Part shown: one piece after another, positions 11,591 through 24,547 of the stretch
Layout of the letters: each line of letters begins with the position of its first letter
Position numbering within the stretch: position 1 is the stretch's first letter
NCBI RefSeq assembly: GCF_001194135.2
Contig: NC_068992.1
Coordinates: 19,622,330 to 19,676,481 of the forward strand
Direction: 5' to 3'
Source of the DNA: Octopus bimaculoides
Lineage: Eukaryota
DNA: 54,152 nt
The notes under the pieces: model-generated
Database searches by the model: none
What the model saw: only the letters and a program-made list of their open reading frames with translations
Told to the model about the DNA's origin: nothing
Position numbers and translations under genes: made by a program

Positions 11591-12379
11591 CAATTGAAAA
11601 TATATTGGGATAGATTATTTCGTCATAATACTGAAGTGTTCATTTTTTTGACGTTTCTCCAGACTTTCCATTCCAGACGTAACTAAACACTAAATAAGAT
11701 GCAAGTGTTCTTGGCGATAAAAGAAAATTCTAATGAACGAAACATCTAATGACTTATTCAGAACAGATCTTTACTTGAGATATTCCCGTTTTTCCACTAC
11801 CTGAAATGGATAGTCCGCAAAGAGGCTGGCACTGATAAAGACACATCACTATTAAAATGTTGCCAAATGGAAAAGAGCGTTATTGCAAATCAATAACGAC
11901 TGATGTGATGTACCTTCAACATTCCATTCAAAGATTACGCTGGTCAACTTTTGTGTTAATATTTTTGCCAGATAATGTGCCCGGGAAACTTATGAGAGGA
12001 AATAATGCAAAAAAAAAAAAAACTACCAGAGATATTCAACCAATCATATGCAAGCAAAAGTGATAAAATATTCGAAATCAGCTTATCAAGAAAGACGTGA
12101 GAAAGAGAGTATTTTTTGAGTTCTTTTCTTTTCTTTTTAGACAGAGAAATATTTGAGATGTGGCTGTTATTTTCTCGTCTCTTATAACAAATTAGACTAA
12201 CGAGTAATTTGTTATACGAGAGGGAGGAAATGACAGGAATAACAGAATAGAAACCAAGTATGCGTTGAAACAAACAAATTAACAAAGTAATTGGAGGATT
12301 AACTAATAGCTCAAATCTGATATCACATTTATCAAAGGGTATTTTCATAATAGAATTATCATTATTGTCATTGTTTATT

Positions 12380-12960
12380 TGATGAGAACTCACAGCTTCT
12401 TTTGCTGGAAATAAAGGAAAGCATCAGCTGTCAACAGCCAGTAGACTAAGGTGACTTTTCTTTATTCATTTTGCCACAAGAACTCTGCGAAGAATTCCTG
12501 TAGTTCCAAGCAATGCTGATTTGTGTAGGTGTTCTAACTTTATATTTGCACGAATCTTTTTCAGCCATGTTGATAGCTGAGTGCTGATACTTCCAAGTGC
12601 GCTAATTACTATTGGTATCATGTCTATTCCCCTCGTTCACCACAGCCTTCGTATTTCTCACTTCAAATCGTTATAGTTGTACAGTTGTTATACTTCTTTT
12701 TCTTTGATCCTATTTTCACCGGAATATGCTATGTCGATTATCATGCAAGTTCCTTTTTTTTATTTTATTTACCACAAGAATGTCCGGCTCCGATGTCTGG
12801 TGAGGTGATTGCACTGAATCATTGCATCCCACAGAATCTTGCGAACCTCATTATCGGTGACTCCTTCTGGGGTTTTCTTATACCACGTCTTTGCTTTTTG
12901 TAGGCAGTGATTTCAACAGAGCTCCCAATGGAATCATTTAGAAACCTGTAGCTGAAATCC
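12380..12960 (-). pseudogene. R4/Dong-like non-LTR retrotransposon 3' end (restriction-like endonuclease domain)
   Basis: Translates FHWELC*NHCLQKAKTWYKKTPEGVTDNEVRKILWD...PDILVV...MIIDIA...KEKE...IPIVISALG...KSALLGTTGILRRVLVAK* with the stop at 12466-68. A short 3' UTR and a decayed (AAT)n tract follow. Confidence 0.88.
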
Positions 12961-13593
12961 AAAATCCCACAAACTTTTATTTGTTTAAGTAAGAGAAAAG
13001 CCACAATGGAGAAATACTGAAAACATTTGAAAAGCGTTTTTAAAGCAGGAAATTATTTTTAAGATGAGTATAAAACGGTCATGTCGATAAATGTTTGAAA
13101 TGGTTAAAAAGCCGAAGGGTAAATTTGAAATAGGAAGAATTGCTTGGATGGTAAATATTATAGAAGCAAACGTAAGCTCAAGTAGGACTGTGGTTAAGAA
13201 GCTAACTTTGCAATCACGTGATTTTGGATTCAGTCCCACTGCGTAGTACCATGGGCAAGTATCTTCTACTATCGACCTAGTCCAGTCAAAATTTTATGAG
13301 TTGATCGGGTAAGCGAAAACGAGCAGAAGCCCGTCGAGAGTAAGCAATCTAACAAGTACGTAAACAAACCAACACAGGTTATCAAAAGGTAGCGAGAAGA
13401 AACATAAACATACACAGGTATATATATTTATGATGGTCTCTTCATACAGTTTCTGTCAACTAAATTCATTCACAAGACATTCGTCGGTCCAAGGTGACGC
13501 ACTGTGGGATTGAACCCGAAAAAATATAGCTACAAGACAAGCTTCATAACCACACTGGCAAACGTTGATTTCTTGTGAATTTATTAAATAGGA

Positions 13594-13963
13594 GTGGAGG
13601 CACAATGGCCCAGTGGTTAGGGCAGCGGACTCGCGGTCATAGTATCGTGGTTTCGATTCCCAGACCGGGCGTTGTGAGTGTTTATTAAGTGAAAACACCT
13701 AAAGCTCCACAAGGCTCCGGCAGGGGATGGTGGCGAACCCTGTTGTACTCTTTCACCACAACTTTCTCTTACTTCCTGTTTTTATTGTGCCTGTAATTCA
13801 AAGGGTCAGCCTTGTCACGCTGAATATCCCCGAGAGCTACGTTAAAGGTACGCGTGTCTGTGGAGTGCTCAGCCACTTGCACGTTAATTTCACGAGCAGG
13901 CTGTTCCGTTAATCGGATCAACTGGAACCCTCGACGTCGTAAGCGACGGAGTGCCAACAACAA
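13594..13963 (+). mobile_element. tRNA-derived SINE family A, full length, 11-bp TSD
   Basis: A-box TGGCCCAGTGG, B-box GGTTTCGATTCC and (CAA)n tail. TSD ATT(A/G)AATAGGA at 13583-13593 and 13964-13974. Confidence 0.93.
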
Positions 13964-14640
13964 ATTGAATAGGAATGTGTTATACATTATATTCTTTTAT
14001 GTGATTTTAGGTTACATACTGTAAATCTCAAAAGTACGGCTGTATCATGCAACGAATTGATCCAATATACCGAACGTGTATATGAAGCAAGATTTCTCTT
14101 TTAGAAAGTTTCTCTTAATTAATACATGGGATTAATGTACAAATACCAAATGATGTTGGAGAATTATACGCTTAAAATACACGACTATATGGTATCTTGT
14201 GACATATATATATATAATTCTCATACGGCAAAGTTATATAATGTATTCCATTGCAGTGTGAATGAAATCTTACTTATGCAGACAGCCAGATTAGATTTGT
14301 GAAAACATAAAACTAGATTTCATCTTTATATACAAAAATTAAAAAAAAGACGTTAACTATCATGGACGATAAGAAAAAAATAAGTATTATATCATGAAAA
14401 ATTAAATATAACAAGATATACATCTTGTAAAGTATTGAGCAAGAACTATCTTATCAAATTTAAAGACGAGATCATATGAATCAATTTGAATTCAGTTGAA
14501 TATTGCGTATAAAGTACGATATAACTATTGATCATTAATGGCGAAGCTAAGTTTGTTTTCTAAATGTTCATATTGGATTATGATTGCTATCGATAAATAC
14601 AGGAGGAAAGTTGAAATTACTTACACCACAACTATATATG

Positions 14641-14682
<42 letters not shown>

Positions 14683-15519
14683 GAGAGAGAAAGGAGTAGA
14701 GAGGAGAGAGAGAGAGGGAGAGAGATATGTGTTTCTATATACATGTATGTGGTGTGTGTACGTATGTGTTTCTGTGTGTATGTTTGTATATATGTTTGTA
14801 GGTATGTAAGGGGCTATGTGTGAGTGAGTATGAAAAGTAGTGTCCGATCTATACAAAATCAATAATACAAGTATGAATATATTGACCATCTCTTTGAGAT
14901 GTACACGTGCTGATTGATTTGGCAAGTACTATGAAATAATCACCAAAAACAGCATTGCCGTCTTCATTAAGTCACGTTATTCAACACTGTACTGAATCTG
15001 CTGTTAATAACTCACTTGGTGCACTTGACTAGTTCATCATCAGCCCAGGTCGAGCAAAACCAATGATCAAAGGTAATTCAGTCGCAACACACCTTTCCTT
15101 TAATGGGTAATGGAAACTACAGTATATCAAAAGTGTTCTTTTTGTTAAAGAAAATCAGATGCAACTTGAGAAATACTTCGCTATGATTTCTAGCAGGTCG
15201 AACGACTAAGTAAATATTTCTTCAGTGATTATAATAATTGTGTTCTTGTTAGCGATGTTGTTTAGCCCTCATTTCGTCCGGCGTGCTAACGCTTACTCCA
15301 GCTCGTCGCCTTATTTCGTCATAATTTATCTATTAATAGGATTACGTATTGGACGGCTTTGAAGGATTTAGCTGAATAAATCAATCCCAGTACTTGTACT
15401 TTTAATCTGGTATTTATTCTCTCGGTTTCCATTTTGCCAAACCAAAAAGTTACGAGGACGCAAGCAAACCAATACCGGTTAACAGGCAGTGGTGTGGACA
15501 AACCCAAACACATTTTTAT

Positions 15520-15523
15520 ATAT

Positions 15524-15600
<77 letters not shown>
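15520..15600. repeat. (TA)n microsatellite
   Basis: Read directly from the sequence. Similar long tracts lie at ~14640, 35545 and 36066. Confidence 0.97.
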
Positions 15601-15603
<3 letters not shown>

Positions 15604-16755
15604 AGGGATAGGAGTAGAAATATAATTTTTGTGAATCTTCAGATTTTTCAATATGCTAAGCCACTGGTTTTAAATTGATATTAATCAAATTAATATTTAA
15701 TTTTTCGCCCTCATTATTTAAACATATATATGTATATATGGTAAATTTCCATGAGGTTTTCACCAACCAAATCTGCTCACGATCGACTTGCGGCGAAAGT
15801 AGAAGACACTTACCCACAGTGCCACGTAGTGAGACTGAACCCACCACTATGTGGTTGGGAAGCAATCTTCTCACTACAGAGCGATGCCTATTTACTTGAA
15901 TTAACCAGAAGCCACAACTCTAACCGTTTCCCTTATAACTCTCATCACTAGCAATGCTACCTTACTGTTCATTAAATTCTCTATAAATATACTATATATA
16001 TATATATATATAAATGAAACACTGAATTGTTATAAACGAACGAGATTATTTCACAACACGTATTTTTGACCACATAAATGTGGAGCTGTTTTGCAGGATT
16101 TCCTTAATATATTTTCGACAAACCGCAAAGTCCACATCTCACACTAATGCAATATTTAATTCATTTACATGTCATTCTTTGTTTGTTTCTATGATTTTTC
16201 CCCCCATCTCTACTCCCATCTTTATTTACAATAAATATAACATCATCCACACTTTCTTCTATATTTTCCTATTTCACCCTGAAACTCCACGTTTCTCTAT
16301 ACTCTTCCAATATTTATTTATTTACTTATATTTTCTTCAAAAGTCATTCATCTATCCTGTTATATTTTTTTCCTTTCTATCTTATATATTTTTCGTCTCC
16401 TTCTGACTTTTCCCACTTAATTATCTCTCGTCAAATCTTGGTCATTCTCTTCTTGTCTTACCTTTTCCTTTTAGAGAATCATCCATCTCAGCTTGGTGTT
16501 TTTATGTTTCTTTCTTTAACATTTTGTCGTGTTTTTTCTCCTGTTCTTTTTTGTTTATTCCGTTGTATATTTCCAATTATCTTTATTTTCATTGTTTATA
16601 TTCGTATGCGTATTTGCGTGTGTGTATGTGCAAGTGTGTGTAAAAGTATACATAGATACGATCGTGTGTATATATACACATATATATACATATTCATTCT
16701 ATACACACACACACACACACACACCCACACCCACACACACACACAGACACATATA

Positions 16756-16787
<32 letters not shown>

Positions 16788-17754
16788 CAGAATATATGCA
16801 CAATTATTTGTGTACACACACACACACACACACGCACACACGCACAAACGTACATATACATGTATACAATGAATTTTCTTTCATGAAGAGATTTCTTCTC
16901 ACGTTTTGTCTTCTAAATTTCCCATAACGTTTAGACGTTTATGATTTTTTTACTTTCTTCGTTTTCTTTGCACTTCTAGAACACTTTTAAACTGAAAGTA
17001 ATTGAGAACAAGTCAGCACTTAAACCACGTGCAATTACGATTGCAATAACAACAAGATGATGATGCTGATAATGATGACGATGATGATGATGATGATGAT
17101 GATCGTATTAATGTCTGTCGAATGATGACGTTGAATATTGTAAGAAGTCAGAATACTAATGTTAATTAATTAAATATTATATACACTTTATATATNNNNN
17201 NNNNNNNNNNTATATATATATATATATATGTATATTTATTTATTATTTGAATCACAGGTGTTATGCGTCCCCTCCGCATATTACAATTATTAATATAAAA
17301 TACAAAGCGACCATTAAGAAAATTAATAATTTTGCGATTTGACCTCAATTGGGTTTCATCAACTTTTAATAAAACGACAGGAAACAGCTGACAATATGTT
17401 ATGCAATTTATACGAAGCAATATTTATTTTAGTTTAGCATGTGTCTGTGTGTGTGTGTGTTTACAGCAACGATGTAGATATTATTTTTAATATATGTTCG
17501 CCTTCTCAAACGCGGTTAGAAGCGCAAGAGTGTTTCTTGCACATTTGTCAAGGCACACTAAGAGATTAGAAATACACACTGATTAGAAACGATAAATTAA
17601 ATAATAATACTAATAATAATGGTTTCTGCTATATGGAGAAGGCCTGAAATTTTGTGGGGAGGGGACTAGTCGATTACGTCGACCCCAGGGTGCGTCTGGC
17701 CCTTATATTATCGACCACGAAAGTATGAAAGGCAAACAATTGGAATACGGAACG

Positions 17755-17756
<2 letters not shown>

Positions 17757-17845
<89 letters not shown>

Positions 17846-17985
17846 CAACAACAACAGCAACAACAACAACAACAATTATAATAATAATGATGATGATGAT
17901 GATGGTGTGAATAATGATAATAATAATAATGATAGTAATAGTAATAACAAGAAGAAGAATCACAGCAACAACAACAACAATGGTC
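17757..17985. repeat. Compound (AAT)n/(AAC)n/(GAT)n trinucleotide tract
   Basis: Read directly from the sequence. It explains the poly-N and poly-I ORFs. Confidence 0.97.
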
Positions 17986-18198
17986 ATAATTATAGTTTTT
18001 AAGAAATCTATTTGTAACGTAACTTCAGTGTTGGTTACATGACATGTGGCACATAGTGCATCTGTACAGGTGATGTTGATATGATGGAGGGAATGAGCTG
18101 ATGTCAACACAAACATTTGATCACTATAAACAAATTTTGTGTGTGGTTGTTCGGCAAGACCTTCCCGAACGCTCATACGTCGTCTATATCTATGTGTA

Positions 18199-18253
<55 letters not shown>

Positions 18254-18428
18254 ATCTATCTATCTATCTATCTATCTAACTATATATATATATATNNNNN
18301 NNNNNNNNNNNNNNNNNNNNNNNNNNNNNNNNNNNNNNNNNNNNNNNNNNNNNNNNNNNNNNNNNNNNNNNNNNNNNNNNNNNNNNNNNNNNNNNNNNNN
18401 NNNNNNNNNNNNNNNNNNNNNNNNNNNN

Positions 18429-18474
<46 letters not shown>

Positions 18475-19269
18475 AGATGTAAGGAGACTTCGTTAGGATC
18501 ACTGAAACTAATATATACACGCACACATATATATATTGCGTTTTTAAAAGTAATTTACTTTCAAAACGTACGAATGAATATTCGTTTTTCCTTGTTTCAT
18601 TTATTATAAATTAATTTTTCTTACAATCAGAAATAACGATCTATCTATATATCTATTCATCTCCCTGGCTATATAAACTGCGATCTGAGAAGCTAACGCA
18701 TATTGTTACTCACATACGTGTCCATCAAAATAAGTGCATCCCTAAGAAAGAATCCTGACATCTGAAGAGATTGTTTTCACCGGACCTCAAGACAATACCT
18801 GCACGAGTAAATAAATATTGTACGCAACAGTTACAACAATAATAGTGTTATATATATAATACTTACATACACATATTGTGACATTTCAAATGGTGATGGA
18901 TTGAAAGAATCGTTGTAGTGACGGAAAATGCCTTGCGTTATTGCTACCGATATTTTATCTTCAGCGATTAAATCCCACCAACGTGTATTTACAAAAGATA
19001 AAATTCTAAAGCTCCTTCCTGTAACCATAGGATCATGAGGCTGGTTTACAGGATCCTGTGACATATGTATTCCCTACCTAGTCGAGACACTTGTCAGTCG
19101 CAAGATTGCACATTCGTGTCCGCTGAGAGGACTGAACAACGTGAGACGAAGTGTGTTACTAAACACAACACATCGTCGGGTCCAGGAATGGAAACTAGAA
19201 TCGTATGACTATGAGTGCAAATGTCTCTGGTCTTTCGACACCCGATACCCTCTCCTAAGCGACTCAGCA

Positions 19270-19560
19270 GGGGTTAATCCAGCCCCAGTTTGTGTCCAGT
19301 TAGCTGATACTGCCCTGTCCAGATCTCGCACTTCATGATCCACATTCGCCATGTGCTAACCTCTGCTTCCTTCACAGCCTACCCGACGGCCTTCTGCCTA
19401 CTGGCCCCTGTGATGCTATACATGCTGTAAGATATATAGACAGACTCTCCTGCAAAACCTCTTCATGCCACCTCAGTGGGGTCCTACCATCCTTGCCACC
19501 CATTACTTTCCTACCATGGGTGAATATTGATATAAGCTGTCGAATTGAGAAAGTCGGTAT
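19270..19560 (-). pseudogene. Probable RTE-like LINE 3' fragment
   Basis: GKDGRTPLRWHEEV resembles the RTE C-terminal GRPRxRWxDxV motif. Confidence 0.4.
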
Positions 19561-19599
19561 AACCTTCCTGCTTCATTTCATTATCTAAGTGAGAGAGCG

Positions 19600-20300
19600 G
19601 GCAAGTGAAATATCGTAGCTCCAAAGTCTCGTACATTGGATTGACTTGAATTCTCCATAGTTTGCATGGGAATTTACTTAGTTTTGAGATTCTTTATAGA
19701 TTATAACCGACAACTGCAATTATTTTTTCCAAATAGTAATTATATTTCAAAATACATTATTCATTGCTTCAATTATTATTAAATAGGAACTAGACAATGC
19801 GAACATTAGAAACATTATCATAGTTCTTTTTAGAATCATTCTATTAAACTTAATTTTATTATCATACTTACAATATTCTTCTCTATATTTGAATTACACT
19901 GGAGAAATTGATCAAAGATGCATTCTGGCTGTTATCTCTGTTCTTATATTCATATATGATAATTAATAAAATGATACTTTATTCTTTTAGTAATTACTAA
20001 TGTTGAAAATCTCATAAGTTCTTAGAATTGGTTGATAGATAAGGGGTTTATTTCAGCATACTTCAAACAATGGATATGACGAGAGTATGCGATTTCCATG
20101 TAGGATTTCAATATTTTAAATATTCTATTGGTTTACTTGTTATTATTTTCTAGATGTTTTTTATTTCTAATATTTCATTGTTGTTTTCAGTAATTGATAT
20201 GACTATTACCAATAATTTATACATGGTGTTGTAATTATTTCTCGAATTCGATCTAATGTATCTGCTGTGTCGGCATTAAGTAAAATTATTCCAAAACCAT
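19600..20300 (-). pseudogene. Very old L1-like RT fossil (tentative)
   Basis: The minus strand is A-rich. Weak ordered matches (YDNVS ~ YADD; VVGYNL*RISK ~ SGLxINxxKS) occur among many stops. Confidence 0.25.
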
Positions 20301-20759
20301 ATAACTGTATATTAAATTTATTTTTATTCTAAATAATATTCTCATTTACTTTTAATTCCATTTTTGATAATAGCCAGTGTTCTTCCTTGAAAAAAATATT
20401 CCGAAAACTGTTAGAAAATAATTATATACTATTCAGTTGTGTTTCTGCAATCCTTGCAAGTAAAATTATATCTCTACAGAACAGTTAAACTATTTAAGCC
20501 CATGCAACACACAACTATAGACACATCTCTTCACATTTCCTTTACTCAAGCTTTTATCATTCCACGAAATAGTTTTCTTATAATATTAGTTTTAGGTTAG
20601 AAGAAAATTAGGATTTCAAGATCTCAAATGTTAAACATATCTCTCTGAACGCTTTTCTTTTGCTAATATCTAAGTGTTACTTCTAAAATGTACTTTAGCG
20701 ATTCTAAGATTAGAGAGAACTATTATTATTATTGTTATTATTATTATTATTATTATTAT

Positions 20760-20795
<36 letters not shown>

Positions 20796-20929
20796 GAATA
20801 GTTTTAGTATTATTATGTAAGGCGGTGAAGTGGAAGATTCGTTAGCACGCCGGGCGAAATCTTAGCGTTATTTCGACTACTACGTTCTGAGTTCTAATTC
20901 GGCCCAGGTCGACTTTGCTTTTAAATAGT

Positions 20930-21185
20930 TTTGCGGCAGCAGCAGCCGAGACCAAACACCGATATACCATAGGCCTCACAACAAATAGGGAGCAGATGCT
21001 CCTAGAGGCATGGAAACTAATTAAACAAGAGAACAAGAGGGCAAATCTGATGCTCTCATCAGAGGTAATTGAAGCAGAGGAGAGAAGAACGGTGCTGTTC
21101 AGATGCATCTCAGCAAACATAAAAAAGAGCGGCTTTGATAGCTCATGTTGATATTGAGGTGGTGCTGAGGGGCATACGAAGCCCA
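20930..21185 (+). pseudogene. RTE-like LINE C-terminal fragment
   Basis: EAWKLIKQENKR (~YGxEAWTLxKxxExRL) is followed by KRAALIAHV (~KRxLxxxGHV). This is ORF 20915..21151. Confidence 0.5.
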
Positions 21186-23185
21186 TTATACCCATCATGA
21201 CTACCCGTCTGATAAGACTAACACACCACACTTTCTCAGTCAGAAACCCATTCTGATATCAGCACTGAAGGTACGCACCGTATCAACGAGGGAAATGACT
21301 TGGGCTTCATATTTACCATAAAGTTTGCGGTCATCCATGAATAACAAATCGCTGACTTTTTGTTGGCGGCTTTTGAATACATACCCAGCTTTTGCTTTCC
21401 TCAGAATCAGTGTTAGTGGTATCAAGCACAGTACAAAGATCGGTGGGGACTAGCAGTCCCCTTGGCAAATGCCCTTCCTAATTTCTACTGTCGCTAAACT
21501 TCTTCCGTATGCTGTCAGGCCCGTCCTCCAATTCGCCATACTTTTTCAAGCAATCGCTCAACATTCGATGCAATACCAAATAGGTTCATACACTCCATAA
21601 TCCAAGAATGTGGGATCATATCNNNNNNNNNNTTCGATGCAATACCAAATAGGTTCATACACTCCATAATCCAAGAATGTGGGATCATATCGTACGCCTT
21701 ACGATAGTCGATCCATGACATGGCTAAGTTACTTTTCCTCCTCTTGCAGTCTCTGAGTAGAGCTTTGTCTATTACGAGTTGATCCTTGACACCTCTGCAC
21801 TTACGCTTGCAACCCTTCTGCTCATGTGGCAGGGCTCCATTTTTTCCAGATGTTCGTATATTGACTCTGCGAGTATTCCAGTCAATAACTTCCACACAAG
21901 TGACAAACAGGATATCGGCCTGTAATTGTCTACCGTATTGCCTTTTTCGATGTGTTTCAAGCACAGTACTGTCCTACACAATGTCAACCAATCTGGTGTC
22001 ACTTGGTCGGCATTTAACAAGGTGTTGAGTTGCGTTGCTATTCGTGCATGACATTCACCAAATCGTTTGATCAAGTGGCCTTGAAATCCATCTAGTTCCG
22101 AGGCCGTCCAGTTACTCATTTTTTTGCTGCTTTCCCTCACATCCCTGACTGAAATGATTAGTTCTGCCTGTTTTGGACAGACTACTCTTTGTTTCAGTAC
22201 TTGCAACCATTCAGCATCCTTCTTGTGTTTCTTGTCTTTGCTGCAGATGTCACTCCAAAAACTTTGTCTTTCATTGTTATCTGGTATCAATTTTTGATCT
22301 GTACACCATCCATTTATTTCTTTATAAAATATTTTCTGTTCTACTCTGAATGACCTATTCTGGTGGTAACCCTTCATTCTTTGGTCGTATCTTACCATAT
22401 TTGGTTTCTTTGCAACGAGGCACTGTTTCAATTCCTCCACTACTGCTTTCGGGCCCTTTCTTTCAGTATTATACTTCCTTTTCAGCACCCTGTATTTTTG
22501 TTTGTTTTTAAGCTCCCCTTTCTCTTTTCGGTCTAACACAGAGATTTCCTTCGCGAGCATGTTTAATCCTGAATGGATTTTTCTTTTCCACCATAGATCT
22601 TTTCTTTTGTCACTCTCATTATGTTTCTTTTTCTTGACATTAACACCCACGTTTTCTGCTACGACAAAACTTATTTCCTTGATCAAATTATTTGTTGCTG
22701 TGATGTTGTTTGTTCTGATGTATTTCAGAATTTCAGTGACATTTTTCGTTTCTTGGTTAAGTGTCCATCGATCAACCTTTTTAAGGCTGCAAATAATGTC
22801 GCTATCATTCTCCTGTAGTCTTGCCTTTATTCTGTTGTAGATTGCCTTTGTTCATCTTCATTTCACCATCAGTTTTATTGTCCTTTTTTAGATCATCTAT
22901 ATGTCTCTCATCAAGTAAGCTACCACTGCTCCTTTCCTGTGCTATGAGATTACACTTATTAGTAAGAACTATATTTTCATCGTTATCTCTGCTGCTATTT
23001 TCCAGGACCCGTCTTTAGATAGCTTCGAGCTCTAGTTCTGTGAACCAACGATTTTTTTCTTATTGCTCTAGCTTGATCACATAGTTTCTGTTCCGTGAAT
23101 TGAAACAATCCCGTTTCTCTCCAATGATCATACATACGTTGTCGGTAACCGCTAATTTCAGCACTATTTTCATCTACCGGGCTGC
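21185..23185 (-). mobile_element. R4/Dong-like non-LTR retrotransposon, N-terminal and RT region, 3'-truncated and frameshifted
   Basis: [72 protein letters not shown] and LLFMDDRKLY (RT catalytic DD), across ORFs 22995..23198, 21772..22686, 21515..21964 and 21240..21425. Confidence 0.93.
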
Positions 23186-23964
23186 TCAGTAGTAACACTC
23201 CATGACCAAAGATGCTTAATCAATTCAACCAGAAAATTCATTGAATTAGTATGTAAATGGCTGAGTATTCCAAACACACGTGTGCTTTTAAAGGAATTCT
23301 CAGGCAAGGTACTGTGTAGCAAGGTACTGAGAATTGGCACGGTACTGTGTGACAAGGTTGCCCTTGAATTGCAGGTTCGATCCATCGGATGACTTTTGCA
23401 AAGTTTCCGTCCACCTCAATTTTTACTCAGAACATTTGAGTCAACCCTGGTCTTTAGAAAATAATGCTTGTCGATGGTAACGGAGAGTGGAACCGAAACC
23501 GAGACCTAATGACTGCAAGACAAAACTCTTAACCATTCGGCTATATTACTATTACAAAGCGAAGATATAGGCAAGAAGTGTATAATAATGATGGTGATGG
23601 TGGCGAAAGACACGTGACTCGTTAACGACGTATGAATCTCTTCTGATTAAGTAACTGCCATGAAGGTCCGCTATATGCATTTAAAAATATATATGGGTGA
23701 TAATGATGAGATTATTGCTAGAATATTAGGGTAGAGGAGATAAAGGAATATAGGATTTCCGGCACCATACGTCTATAGAGACAATAAAGCATTTCGTACT
23801 TCGGGAATGAAATGTACAAAATGTATTTATTCTGTGTCGCTTTCACAAGATATAATTTATTTGTTCTTCTTTACCGCACGCAGCATCTTCCTGTCGTTTA
23901 TACCTAGTGGAGATTTGGTGCTGCAGAAATAAATAACAATTCATTCAAAACAGAAGAATGAAGA

Positions 23965-24175
23965 GGACGATGGTGATGATCGTGGCGGTGGTGGCCGTGG
24001 TGGTGGCGTCGGCGGCGGTGCCGGCGGTGGTGATGATGATCATGATAGTGATGGTGGTAGGAATGGCGGTTGTAGTGATGTTGGTGGTGGTGGCGGCGGC
24101 GGTAGTAGTGCTGCAGCTGATGGTGGTGGTGGTGGTGGTGATGCGGTAGTGGTGGTAACGGTAGTGTTGAGAATA
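23965..24175. repeat. Degenerate (GTG/GAT/GCG)n trinucleotide tract
   Basis: Read directly from the sequence. It explains the poly-His ORF 23904..24236. Confidence 0.9.
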
Positions 24176-24184
24176 GTGGTGATA

Positions 24185-24440
24185 TGTGAAAATGACAATA
24201 ATTTATACAGACAGGGAGATTAAGCAAATCGATCAAACATTATTGTCAAAGACGATCGGGAAAAGAAATGTTCCTTAATCGATATATCAATCACAACAGA
24301 CAATATTATATATCTAAAAGAAATAACTATCCCAATATAATGATTTTGGAAAGAAGAAATCACCACAAGGAGGGGATTTAAAACAAACATTTCCCATAAT
24401 AGCAGATACATTTGGATGAATAAACGCTTAGAGCCTCTAT
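24185..24440 (+). pseudogene. RLE-domain fragment of an R4/Dong-like element
   Basis: IYTDREIK./NRSNIIVKDDREKKCSLIDISI matches the TDxxIxANRPDIVVxDxxxKxCxxID.xxP pattern. Confidence 0.7.
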
Positions 24441-24547
24441 CAGTCACAGTAGACCCTCTTTATGGGAGGAAGTAGATGTAGTCATGGGTAAGATTTTTAT
24501 GAAGGTGAAATAAACGTTGGATATATTTTGCCGCATATACAATATAA

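Noticed and set aside
11775-11800. GSGKT P-loop micro-exon on the minus strand (TTTCAG / GTAAAG)
   Set aside because: It is only 26 nt. The unspliced context lacks the first Walker A Gly and stops soon after, and no partner exons are visible, so it is compatible with chance.
13594-13670. tRNA genes at SINE heads (also 3804, 24548, 43275)
   Set aside because: They have A and B boxes but no closing acceptor stem, and they continue into shared SINE bodies with TSDs.
20915-21151. Host exon in ORF 20915..21151
   Set aside because: It is better explained as an RTE C-terminal fragment, and the ORF start lies in a SINE.
23904-24236. His-rich protein ORF
   Set aside because: It is the antisense of a GTG/GAT microsatellite joined to an RLE fragment.
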